Source: Nitrosopumilales archaeon
GTDB lineage: Archaea; Thermoproteota; Nitrososphaeria; Nitrososphaerales; Nitrosopumilaceae
Direction: 5' to 3'
Length of the DNA stretch: 24,000 nucleotides
NCBI GenBank assembly: GCA_016838825.1
Contig: JAEHKU010000010.1
Coordinates: 1 to 24,000 of the forward strand
Below, piece by piece: positions 16,974 to 24,000 of this stretch. Position 1 is the first letter of the stretch. Each line of letters starts with the position of its first letter. Below the pieces are notes generated by a model. That model saw only the letters and a program-made list of their open reading frames with translations. It had not been told where the DNA came from and did no database searches. Both the position numbers and the translations under genes were made by a program.

Positions 16974-17339
16974 TTATGAAGAAGAATTTTCTTCAAGTAT
17001 TTTTTGAATTCTTGATACAAATGAAACATGATCAGTATCAGGTTCCATGCTTACTAAAAGCAAATCACTTTTATCCAAATAAAATGTGAATCTTTTGACC
17101 TTTTCATATTCTGCCATTGAATATTTTGCTTTTCCAACCCATTCACCCATTTTCTTACGTGAATTCCACCGGAGTATTGCTTGATTTACTGTCTCGTGAG
17201 TTATTCTTTCTGGAAGATGTGTGTCCAAACCTTCTTGCATTCCTCCTGCAATGTGTTCAGCCCACTCATTATACACTGAAGCAAATCTGATTTTAGGATC
17301 TATCTGTAAAACCTGTGAACACAATTTTTTATAATCCAC
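16974..17339 (-). CDS. Hypothetical 121-aa protein. A roadblock/LC7-like alpha-beta pattern is only a guess.
   Basis: ORF with a GTG start. TTTAAAAAT box (17362-17370) ~27 nt upstream on the minus strand. No diagnostic motif. Confidence 0.45.
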   Translation of the reverse strand: MDYKKLCSQVLQIDPKIRFASVYNEWAEHIAGGMQEGLDTHLPERITHETVNQAILRWNSRKKMGEWVGKAKYSMAEYEKVKRFTFYLDKSDLLLVSMEPDTDHVSFVSRIQKILEENSSS

Positions 17340-17361
17340 GTTTCTGAGATGTGCTGGTAGG

Positions 17362-17409
17362 TTTAAAAATTGACCTTATCTAGACGCGGCCAAACAAACA
17401 GTTAAAAAT
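17362..17409. promoter_or_regulatory. Divergent promoter region with two TATA-like boxes: TTTAAAAAT 17362-17370 for the minus-strand gene and TTAAAAAT 17402-17409 for the plus-strand Zn-ribbon ORF
   Basis: Each box is centred ~25-27 nt from the respective start codon (17339 and 17431), the spacing expected for leaderless archaeal transcripts. Confidence 0.4.
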
Positions 17410-17430
17410 TTGTTTTGTGTGAGTTATCCA

Positions 17431-17571
17431 ATGGTAAAATCATACTCCCAAAATGCTACAAAGACAATATGCTGGAATTGTGGTGGTGAAATTGAAGAAT
17501 ACCATAATGAAAATTATAAGGGAAAAAGAGGACGTTGCCATAACTGTGGTGTTGATTTTCCGTTCGAGTAG
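17431..17571 (+). CDS. Zn-ribbon miniprotein (46 aa; absent from the ORF track)
   Basis: MVKSYSQNATKTICWNCGGEIEEYHNENYKGKRGRCHNCGVDFPFE, with CxxC-18-CxxC. The spacing and the G[KR]CxxCxx[ED]F tail are the same as in the 14477 ORF. TATA-like box 25 nt upstream. Confidence 0.55.
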   Translation: MVKSYSQNATKTICWNCGGEIEEYHNENYKGKRGRCHNCGVDFPFE

Positions 17572-17597
17572 TTTCGTGTAAATATTATCATCGATGA

Positions 17598-18368
17598 TTA
17601 GGCTTCTGGTTCTATGATCCTATCGATATTGGTGACTGCTTTGATAATTCCTAGAAAGTTGCCATCCTGATCATCAACTCTCAGACAGATATCAGCTGAA
17701 TAAACTCCAGCGCTTTCATCGAATTCAACTGACGTTATGTGTATCATATCAGACTTGGCCCTTTGCCACCAAGGTTCGTCATCTTGTCGGTAATCAGAGG
17801 TCTTGCCAGTTTGAGCTACATTTGCACCGTAAGCATTTGTCACAAAAATCTCTGCATACACAACATATCCGTAATCTTCTTCATGAAAACTAGCACTTTG
17901 TCGTAACAGATCCGAGACATCATTTTGTATAAGCTCAGACATGAAAGGAGTTATCGTATCCCATTCTGCAGAAACCCATTCTTCATCTTTTTCGTCAATA
18001 TAGAGATACACGTTATCTATTTCATTAAATTCTTGATTTGAAGATATTAGAGCTTGGTGTATCAAGGGATTTGTACTAAGTTTCTCAATTCCTTTTACTT
18101 CAAAAGTAAGTTTTTCGATGTCAGGTGTTCGCGTATCTTTGTCAACCATACTTTGATCAGAAGCTTGAGGAATCTTCAAAATGTCTTTATCAATTAGCCA
18201 TTGAAGCGCATTTATGAAATCTGCATCACTAATCTGATCTTCACCCCACCAGAGAGCTGTATTCTTAATCCAGGTTGGAATAGGAGATTCTTCAGCTGAT
18301 GCAAATAATGATGAAACTATAATGACACTAGTGAAAATTGAAAGTATGAACGGATACTTTGGATTCAC
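17598..18368 (-). CDS. Secreted or anchored stand-alone Cache/PDC-like ligand-binding domain protein with an N-terminal WW-x-G..D..F module
   Basis: Signal-like N-terminus MNPKYPFILSIFTSVIIVSSLFASA. Module PIPTWIKNTALWWGEDQISDADFINALQWLIDKDIL. Cache-like pattern TNAYGANVAQTGKTSDYRQDDEPWWQRAKSD...FDESAGVYSADICLRVDDQDGNFLGIIKAV. Confidence 0.55.
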   Translation of the reverse strand: MNPKYPFILSIFTSVIIVSSLFASAEESPIPTWIKNTALWWGEDQISDADFINALQWLIDKDILKIPQASDQSMVDKDTRTPDIEKLTFEVKGIEKLSTNPLIHQALISSNQEFNEIDNVYLYIDEKDEEWVSAEWDTITPFMSELIQNDVSDLLRQSASFHEEDYGYVVYAEIFVTNAYGANVAQTGKTSDYRQDDEPWWQRAKSDMIHITSVEFDESAGVYSADICLRVDDQDGNFLGIIKAVTNIDRIIEPEA

Positions 18369-18498
18369 TGTTTGGATAAGCCCTCATACAATTTAATATT
18401 ATTATTTGTGATTTTTGTAACATTTACAGTTCGTATCGAACGTTAATTCCTCTGTTTCTATCATAAAAAATAGAAAGGTCGTGATTATATGAAAATTA

Positions 18499-18648
18499 AT
18501 GGGTTTTGATGATGATGAGAAGCAGATACAGAAGAAAATTAGTTGGATTTCAAATCAGATTAGAGAAACAAAAATCCAACTTAATCGACAATACCAAGAG
18601 CTTAAGGATGCTCTCAAAGAACAAGAAAAATTACGAAATAAAAAATAA
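18499..18648 (+). CDS. Possible small coiled-coil protein (49 aa; absent from the ORF track)
   Basis: MGFDDDEKQIQKKISWISNQIRETKIQLNRQYQELKDALKEQEKLRNKK. CATAAAAAATAG box ~32 nt upstream. Low-complexity sequence, so the coding status is uncertain. Confidence 0.3.
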   Translation: MGFDDDEKQIQKKISWISNQIRETKIQLNRQYQELKDALKEQEKLRNKK

Positions 18649-18681
18649 GAGAATTTAAGATCCTCTAGAAAGGTTAAACAA

Positions 18682-18930
18682 CTACGTCTTCTTAATTTCG
18701 GGGGTTTTCCAATCTCCTATATTATACCCGTCACGTCTAAGATACTTCAAGGTGAGCTTGTAAACGAGTTCATCGTGTTCTACTTTTTCCAAAAGCTCGC
18801 TCCATAACACTTTGCCTTTCTCATCAATTTCCTTTTTTAATTTTGTATTCATAGATTCAGCAATTTCTTCGCATTGGCTGAATGTTTTTCCATTCTTATA
18901 AGCTCGCGTTCGAATATCACAACTATCCAA
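18682..18930 (-). CDS. Hypothetical small protein (82 aa from TTG; 56 aa if ATG 18852 is used)
   Basis: ORF only. The C-terminal LVYKLTLKYLRRDGYNI is vaguely winged-helix-like. Confidence 0.35.
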   Translation of the reverse strand: MDSCDIRTRAYKNGKTFSQCEEIAESMNTKLKKEIDEKGKVLWSELLEKVEHDELVYKLTLKYLRRDGYNIGDWKTPEIKKT

Positions 18931-19015
18931 ATTTTGAAACCACTATGAACGTGTGTTAAGTTACTAATAACAATTTGAAAATTTTTATTGTTTATTCAAT
19001 ACAATATTAGATACA

Positions 19016-19267
19016 TTGGATGCTATGTTAGAAGAAGAAATGATTGACTTGTTAACATTTTATCTTCAGAATCCTGACTCTCCAGAAATTCCTGGAAAGC
19101 GAAAACGGGTACTAGAGATAGGCAATGAACTTTGTTCAGACGGAGGCGTTGATGCAATGGAAACCATGTATTTTGCATTAGAGAATCGTATTAAAGATGA
19201 GATAGGAAAAGATCCAAAATCATGTCGTTCTTGGTGGAATGGTATTACTTCTGAATGGAATTATTGA
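19016..19267 (+). CDS. Hypothetical small protein (83 aa; ATG at 19025 is an alternative start)
   Basis: ORF only; no recognisable motif. Confidence 0.35.
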   Translation: MDAMLEEEMIDLLTFYLQNPDSPEIPGKRKRVLEIGNELCSDGGVDAMETMYFALENRIKDEIGKDPKSCRSWWNGITSEWNY

Positions 19268-19323
19268 AACAGACAAGTTTAGGCTTAACTTAAATCCGAT
19301 CGTAGAATAAAGGAAATAGAATA

Positions 19324-19821
19324 TTGCAGCAAAGCGTGTATGATCTATACAATATGGGTTTGACTAGCCTAAATTTAGGAAACCCAAAAGAGGCACTATC
19401 ATATTTTAGCAGAGTTCTCAAGCTTGAACCTGATAACAAAAAAGCACTTGTCAAAAAAGGAAATGTTTTAGGAAAACTTGGCAAGTATTCCCAAGCAGTA
19501 TCATTTTATGATAAAGCATTGGCACAAGAGCCAGATGATTTTCTGGCATTGATTAACAAAGGTTTGGCACTACATTTTCTGGAACGATATCATGAGGCAA
19601 TTTCTTGTTATGATATTGCGTTACAACTCAAACCAAATAATGTGACTGCCTTGTACAATAAATCCTCAAGCTTGATTAGACAAAACAAAATCAATGAAGG
19701 TTTACAAATTTTGAAAACTGTTGTGGATCAAGACTTTTCCTATAAAGCTAAGGCCAAGTTTGATATTGATTTTCAGGGAATCAAACACCTAAATGAATTC
19801 AAAAGGCTTGTCTTATTCTAA
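19324..19821 (+). CDS. TPR repeat protein
   Basis: Three to four 34-aa TPR units (e.g. ALVKKGNVLGKLGKYSQAVSFYDKALAQEPDD, ALINKGLALHFLERYHEAISCYDIALQLKPNN). The start is TTG 19324 or ATG 19354. Confidence 0.75.
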   Translation: MQQSVYDLYNMGLTSLNLGNPKEALSYFSRVLKLEPDNKKALVKKGNVLGKLGKYSQAVSFYDKALAQEPDDFLALINKGLALHFLERYHEAISCYDIALQLKPNNVTALYNKSSSLIRQNKINEGLQILKTVVDQDFSYKAKAKFDIDFQGIKHLNEFKRLVLF

Positions 19822-19865
19822 AACCGGATTTTATGTTTAAAAAACAATAAAACCAAAATAAAACA

Positions 19866-20792
19866 ATGGTCATACAGCGAATCGTTTCATTTCTGCCAAG
19901 TGCAACTGAATTAATTTATGAACTGGAAGCTGGAGACAGGCTTTATGGTGTTACTCATGAATGTGACTATCCTGACGATGCAAAATCAAAGCCTCGTGTA
20001 ATAAATTCTGTTTTTGATCATCAAAATATGAGCAGCAAACAGATCGACGACAAAATCATGGAGCTAACAAATGCAGGGCAGGAAATCTATTCACTGGATG
20101 AAAAAAATCTCATAGCATCAAGACCAGACCTGATAATCTCACAAGATATCTGTGAGGTTTGTTCAGCTCATACAAATCAGGTGAAAAAGGCAGTTAGTAT
20201 ACTAGAAAACAAACCTCAAGTGCATACACTTCACTCACACAGCCTTTCTGGAATCTTGTCAAGCATAAGAGATGTGGCAAAAATCATAGGAAAGGAGGTG
20301 AAGGGAGAGCAATTAATTGCATCACTGAAAAAGAAAACTGATTTTATCTCAGAAAAAAAAATTGATTATACTCCAAAAGTTTTGTGTCTAGAGTGGCTAG
20401 AGCCATTTTTTTCGTCTGGTCACTGGGTACCAGAGATGGTGCGAACAGCTGGTGGACAAAATCAGATAACCAAAGATGGGGATCGTTCAAGACGCTTGTC
20501 ATTTTGGGAGCTAGAAAGTTGTGATGCTGATGTTATAGTATTGATGCCGTGTGGCTTTGATGTTGGTCGCACAATATCGGAATACAAAAAAATTCTTCGA
20601 GACGATGAGAGTTGGAATTCACTTCGTGCCGTACAAGACAAAAAGGTCTTTGCAGTAGATGCAAATTCTTACTTTAGCAAGCCAAGCCTTAGGACATTTA
20701 CAGGTGTTGAGATCTTAGCAAAGATTCTACACCCACAAGACTTTGGGGATTTGGCTGTTCCAGATAACTCATTTGAGAAAATCGAATCTTAG
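19866..20792 (+). CDS. BtuF/FhuD-type (class III) periplasmic-binding-protein-fold protein without a signal peptide; cobalamin- or metal-chelate-binding type
   Basis: RIVSFLPSATELIYEL..GDRLYGVTHECDYP, RPDLIIS, and FAVDANSYFSKPS.R. The N-terminus starts directly in the first conserved strand. Confidence 0.7.
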   Translation: MVIQRIVSFLPSATELIYELEAGDRLYGVTHECDYPDDAKSKPRVINSVFDHQNMSSKQIDDKIMELTNAGQEIYSLDEKNLIASRPDLIISQDICEVCSAHTNQVKKAVSILENKPQVHTLHSHSLSGILSSIRDVAKIIGKEVKGEQLIASLKKKTDFISEKKIDYTPKVLCLEWLEPFFSSGHWVPEMVRTAGGQNQITKDGDRSRRLSFWELESCDADVIVLMPCGFDVGRTISEYKKILRDDESWNSLRAVQDKKVFAVDANSYFSKPSLRTFTGVEILAKILHPQDFGDLAVPDNSFEKIES

Positions 20793-20819
20793 TTCGTATT
20801 AGATGTTAAAATGAATTAT

Positions 20820-22010
20820 TCATACAAGTGTTCCCCATCCACTAGCAATTAACTTTAGAGCAGTAGAAGGTTTAACACATGCAGCTGAACCATCCCTAGA
20901 TTTCAGAATAAGGTCTAGTCCTTGTTTACAAGTTACCTCACTTGCGGGTATTCCATTTTCCATTTGAGCTCTTGGAGACATTTTTGTTATACTCATCATG
21001 CCTAATGGGATTGGTCTAATAGTGTTCGGATCATCTGCATGAATCTGAACCTCAAACTCTAGACATTTACCTGCAGGCAGGGTTACACCTATAACTCCAG
21101 GAGGAAAAACTAATACAACTTCTTTATCTGATGCTACCACCATATCATCTAAATTTACTACTTCTACAGCACAGCCCTCAAAAAGAAACACATACTTTCC
21201 TGGAATTTGTGATTCGGTAAAGAAGCCCCTCTTTGTTTGTAATTCACCCATAGCCATAGGTGTTATTGTTGGCATCGAGATTTGCGCTTTTCGTATTTCC
21301 TCTCTTCGTATTTCCTCTTTTTGTTCTCTTAGTTCCGGTAGCACTTGATTGAGTTTTTCATACCGGTCATCTTCATCATTTTCCCAAACAGAATCATTGT
21401 ACAATAGTACACAATCTCCCATGAATTTATGATATACATAGCGCACACTGAAAGTACTTTCGCCTAAAGTGATGTAATCATCGTACACAGTCTCACACTC
21501 TTTAAGCTCTGCTTCTGTTAACTGTCTTTCAAGGTGTGAAAGATCCACAGCTAGGCCTGTTGCTTCAAATTCTGATGATCCCGCTGATCTCGGAGTTGCC
21601 GTCATAGATGAACTACTCCTTTCGTCCAACTCCATGGAAAACTTGAATGATGTGCCAAGTATCAATATTCTAATAGAGTTAAGATCGTCTACACGAATTT
21701 GTGTCTCAAGTCTATAACAAGTGTTTGGCGGTATATTACCAACTGTAGATTTTGCAAGTGACATTTCTTCTATGTCTGATACTGCTGTCACGTCGTCAAA
21801 CATTATAGGTTCTTCTCCAGCACAAACCTCAAAAGCAATTACGTACTTGCCTGCAATTTGCGATTCTGTAATAGTTTTTGGTACAACTTTCGCATCAGTG
21901 CCTACCGCTCCAGCGTCAAAGTAATTACCAGATAATCCAGATGTTAACAAAGGGAGAATTACAATTAGTGATAGATACTTTTTGAAAATTTGCGATACAG
22001 AATGTTTCAT
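20820..22010 (-). CDS. Secreted protein (396 aa) with an internally duplicated ~72-aa Cys-pair domain and a C-terminal C..G..DGSAACVKP...GW module
   Basis: Signal-like YLSLIVILPLLTSGLSG. Repeats TESQIAGKYVIAFEVCAGE...CYRLETQIRVDDLNSIRILILG (nt 21654-21869) and TESQIPGKYVFLFEGCAVE...CLEFEVQIHADDPNTIRPIPLG (nt 21000-21218). Confidence 0.65.
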   Translation of the reverse strand: MKHSVSQIFKKYLSLIVILPLLTSGLSGNYFDAGAVGTDAKVVPKTITESQIAGKYVIAFEVCAGEEPIMFDDVTAVSDIEEMSLAKSTVGNIPPNTCYRLETQIRVDDLNSIRILILGTSFKFSMELDERSSSSMTATPRSAGSSEFEATGLAVDLSHLERQLTEAELKECETVYDDYITLGESTFSVRYVYHKFMGDCVLLYNDSVWENDEDDRYEKLNQVLPELREQKEEIRREEIRKAQISMPTITPMAMGELQTKRGFFTESQIPGKYVFLFEGCAVEVVNLDDMVVASDKEVVLVFPPGVIGVTLPAGKCLEFEVQIHADDPNTIRPIPLGMMSITKMSPRAQMENGIPASEVTCKQGLDLILKSRDGSAACVKPSTALKLIASGWGTLV

Positions 22011-22150
22011 TTTAGAGAAATTAACTTCTTGTGTTCATATATTAAAAGTTCTGAAATGATTTATGAGCTATATCGATTAAAAACAATTCTTATCAAAAAT
22101 AATCTAAATAAAAAGAAACAAGTATGTAGGAGAAAAATAGAAGATTAGTA

Positions 22151-22255
22151 ATGAAGCCATGTTCTTGCCATTGTGGTTGTAACAGTACTTCAACAGAAGA
22201 TGTGTGTCCCGATTGCAAAAATGGGGATTGTTTAGGTATTAACGTGAAAACCTAG
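22151..22255 (+). CDS. Candidate Cys-rich mini-ORF (34 aa, 7 Cys); metal-binding or metallothionein-like is a hypothesis
   Basis: MKPCSCHCGCNSTSTEDVCPDCKNGDCLGINVKT. ATG 22151, TAG 22253-22255, overlapping the convergent gene's stop (CTAG). Promoter and SD evidence is weak. Confidence 0.35.
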   Translation: MKPCSCHCGCNSTSTEDVCPDCKNGDCLGINVKT

Positions 22256-22821
22256 TAGGGAGTACCTTTTTCCCTTTGGTTTTTGAACGCGTCAACATAC
22301 CATTCAAACTCATCTAAAAATCGATCAACTCTTTTATCATAATTTTTATCAGCCAGTTTTCCATTTTCGTCAAAAACATTCTGAACTCGTGAGATGGAGA
22401 ATGACGATGAAATTGAAGGTGCTCCTAATTCAGCAAAGATAATTCTTAGTTGTTGTGCTGCAGTAATCCCACCAAATCCTCCCACTGAATAAGAAACTAT
22501 TGCTGAAGGTTTGAAAAAATATTCTTCCAAAAAGTAATCCAAAGTATTTTTTAGCACTGAGGAGGTACTGTGATTATATTCTGGTGTTATAGGCATGTAA
22601 CCGTCTGCCTCCTTTATCATTTCTCTAAGATCTTTTAGTTTTTGAGGAGGTTCTTTCATCTCCTTGTACATTCTATCAAGAAGTGGGAGATTCAGTTCCA
22701 TGGGATCGATAAAAAAAACAGTATGATTCCGTTCCTTCAGTTTCTGTTCCAACCATCGTGCAACCTTTATTCCTTGTCTATCGCTTCTAACAGAACCGAC
22801 GATTACAGCTATTTTGGCCAT
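22252..22821 (-). CDS. NADPH-dependent FMN reductase family flavoprotein
   Basis: MAKIAVIVGSVRSDRQGIKVARWL and PEYNHSTSSVLKNTLD..VSYSVGGFGG. Confidence 0.82.
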   Translation of the reverse strand: MAKIAVIVGSVRSDRQGIKVARWLEQKLKERNHTVFFIDPMELNLPLLDRMYKEMKEPPQKLKDLREMIKEADGYMPITPEYNHSTSSVLKNTLDYFLEEYFFKPSAIVSYSVGGFGGITAAQQLRIIFAELGAPSISSSFSISRVQNVFDENGKLADKNYDKRVDRFLDEFEWYVDAFKNQREKGTPY

Positions 22822-22833
22822 GCTTGTTTTGTA

Positions 22834-24000
22834 TTAACTCCGTTTGATGAAGCTTATCCAACCTCTTAAGGCATCAGTGGATTTTACCATCATCGGAGCA
22901 TTTTGTTTAACAAATTCTAGCTCATCTGAGGAAGATTTTGGAGTATTTTGCTTGTAATTATCAAATGTCTTTTTACCATCATAATCTACAAATGCAATCC
23001 TTGCACCGTAATCATCAGGTTCTAGCATACAAGCATCACCCGTTACTGTTCCTAAGTGATGAGGACAAGAAAGAAGAGATTCACCTAATTGATTTGAAGT
23101 TGCTACTTCCATCTTTTTCAGATCCGGCGCAAGCTCGTTAAAATCTGCAAAAAAGTAAAATGCACCGTCTGGTCGAGTCGCTTTTATTCCATCTACTTTG
23201 TTCCATTCATCACTTAAGTAATGACCCATTATACGGTGAATATCCCTTGTGATATCGAGGTATTCGTCAATCTCGTCATTTGGTTCGTATGCATCTATTG
23301 CGGCATATTGAGTAGGTGTAGAAACATTTGTGTATACTGTAGCTGCAACTTTTTTGAAATCCTTTTGTAATTTTTCAGTGCTTCTAGTTGGTAAAATACA
23401 AGAGCCAAGTCTGTATCCGCCAGCTGATCTATCTTTAGATAAGCCATTTGTAACGAAGGTGCCCTCAGGATAAACAAGGCCCATACTAGTAAAATTATTC
23501 ATATCATAAGTGTCAAGAGCATAAATTTCGTCTGCGAGAACGAGAATGTTTCGGCTTCTACATACCTCAGTAATCTTTTCCAACTCTTTTTTTGAATAGA
23601 CTATTCCGGTTGGATTATGAGGATTATTCAAAACTAACATGTGTTGTTCCTCATCTAGTTTTGAAGTAAAATCATCCAAATCCTCTGGCTGAATTCTGTA
23701 GTTTGATTCAGGTTTTAGATGAAAAGTATGGAAATGTTTGTTAGTTAGAATGATTTGCGGTCTGTATCCTATCCATGACGGGGATGGAATTATTACGCCA
23801 CCTTTAATGATATTTACAAGAGTATTAAGCAGGTCTTTAGTTCCTGGTCCTATTACTATTCTATTAGGATCAACATTAAGTCCAAAATGTCTTTTGTTAA
23901 AACCGGCAATTGCTTTTCTGAGCTCGAAGATTCCCTCTGCTGCAGAATAATGTCCTTGATCTGCATTTTTAGCTAGCGCATCTACAAGAGGTTGAGGTAC
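22834..24000 (-). CDS. PLP-dependent aminotransferase, class I/II (5'-partial; continues past the window end)
   Basis: LNNPHNPTG, VLADEIYA and the PLP-lysine motif GLSKDRSAGGYRLG. My translation of the reverse strand in the same frame is open from 24000 down (VPQPLVDALAKNADQGHYSAAEGIFELRKAIAGF...). The ORF-track start at 23679 is therefore an internal TTG. Confidence 0.85.
   Translation of the reverse strand, partial: VPQPLVDALAKNADQGHYSAAEGIFELRKAIAGFNKRHFGLNVDPNRIVIGPGTKDLLNTLVNIIKGGVIIPSPSWIGYRPQIILTNKHFHTFHLKPESNYRIQPEDLDDFTSKLDEEQHMLVLNNPHNPTGIVYSKKELEKITEVCRSRNILVLADEIYALDTYDMNNFTSMGLVYPEGTFVTNGLSKDRSAGGYRLGSCILPTRSTEKLQKDFKKVAATVYTNVSTPTQYAAIDAYEPNDEIDEYLDITRDIHRIMGHYLSDEWNKVDGIKATRPDGAFYFFADFNELAPDLKKMEVATSNQLGESLLSCPHHLGTVTGDACMLEPDDYGARIAFVDYDGKKTFDNYKQNTPKSSSDELEFVKQNAPMMVKSTDALRGWISFIKRS

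Noticed and set aside
17587-17598. 12-bp perfect palindrome ATCATCGATGAT between the convergent genes 17431-17571 and 17598-18368
   Set aside because: It has no loop, so it makes a poor hairpin. It overlaps the minus-gene stop codon and is short enough to occur by chance. There is no supporting second copy.
14339-22255. Integrated mobile element or provirus at tRNA-Ser
   Set aside because: There is no integrase, transposase or capsid-like gene. By eye I could find no downstream direct repeat of the tRNA 3' half. The only partial resemblance (AATCCCACCAAATCCTCCCACT near 22466-22490) lies inside the FMN reductase coding sequence (GGFGGIT) and is a poor match. A computational repeat search would be needed to exclude it fully.
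592-23950. Many ORF-track entries antisense to, or out of frame within, the confidently assigned genes. These are 592-891, 1967-2290, 2283-2522, 4222-4437, 4764-4949, 5489-5902, 5850-6122, 6190-6378, 6339-6662, 6518-6799, 7293-7595, 8046-8357, 9360-9545, 10886-11146, 11665-11928, 11864-12193, 12381-12659, 12433-12753, 13496-13687, 15844-16029, 16844-17029, 19290-19484, 21721-21924, 22642-22869, 22938-23141, 23295-23477 and 23738-23950.
   Set aside because: Each lies largely or wholly inside a longer ORF that has clear family motifs. Their translations are low-complexity (Ser/Ile/Phe/Leu-rich) shadow frames with no motifs.
1-24000. CRISPR arrays, rRNA genes, inteins, tRNA introns, frameshifted pseudogenes
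   Set aside because: There are no regularly spaced direct repeats apart from the 45-bp coding-type tandem repeat at 1-105. There are no rRNA-like conserved stretches. RadA and the other host proteins have normal lengths without insertions, the tRNA anticodon loop is canonical, and all assigned genes are intact single ORFs.

Overview
AT-rich, very gene-dense archaeal chromosome segment. Convergent genes share stop codons at 1153-1156 (TTAA) and 22252-22255 (CTAG), and several co-directional genes overlap by ATGA. The gene content is TFE-beta/RPC34-like, Nop5-fibrillarin, RadA, eS30, an eL21-Rpo4-DUF655-KsgA-HemK-like operon, Trm1, RNase HII and PyrD/PyrK. AT-rich TATA-like boxes sit about 25-33 nt upstream of many start codons, which suggests leaderless transcripts. 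There are also many Zn-ribbon mini-ORFs and secreted proteins with characteristic modules. Together these suggest a marine ammonia-oxidising thaumarchaeon (Nitrosopumilus-like); this is inference from gene content, not a database hit. Positions 1-14.3 kb are ordinary information-processing and central-metabolism genes. tRNA-Ser(GCU) at 14339-14425 marks the transition to an ~8 kb block (14.4-22.3 kb) of poorly characterised genes. That block holds two paralogous unannotated Zn-ribbon miniproteins, which bracket a translationally coupled pair (unknown 396-aa protein plus an inactive transglutaminase-like/TPR SirB1-type protein). It also holds a secreted stand-alone Cache/PDC-like protein, a TPR protein, an orphan signal-peptide-less BtuF-like binding protein, a secreted protein with an internally duplicated Cys-containing domain, and a 34-aa peptide with 7 Cys. 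I see no CRISPR array, transposase, integrase, rRNA or recognisable defence system. None of the candidates below is established as a novel system. The ones most worth a second look are the coupled unknown/SirB1-like pair with its flanking Zn-ribbon paralogs, the Cys-rich mini-ORF, the perfect in-frame 45-bp tandem repeat at the window start, and the unassigned single-cluster radical SAM enzyme.
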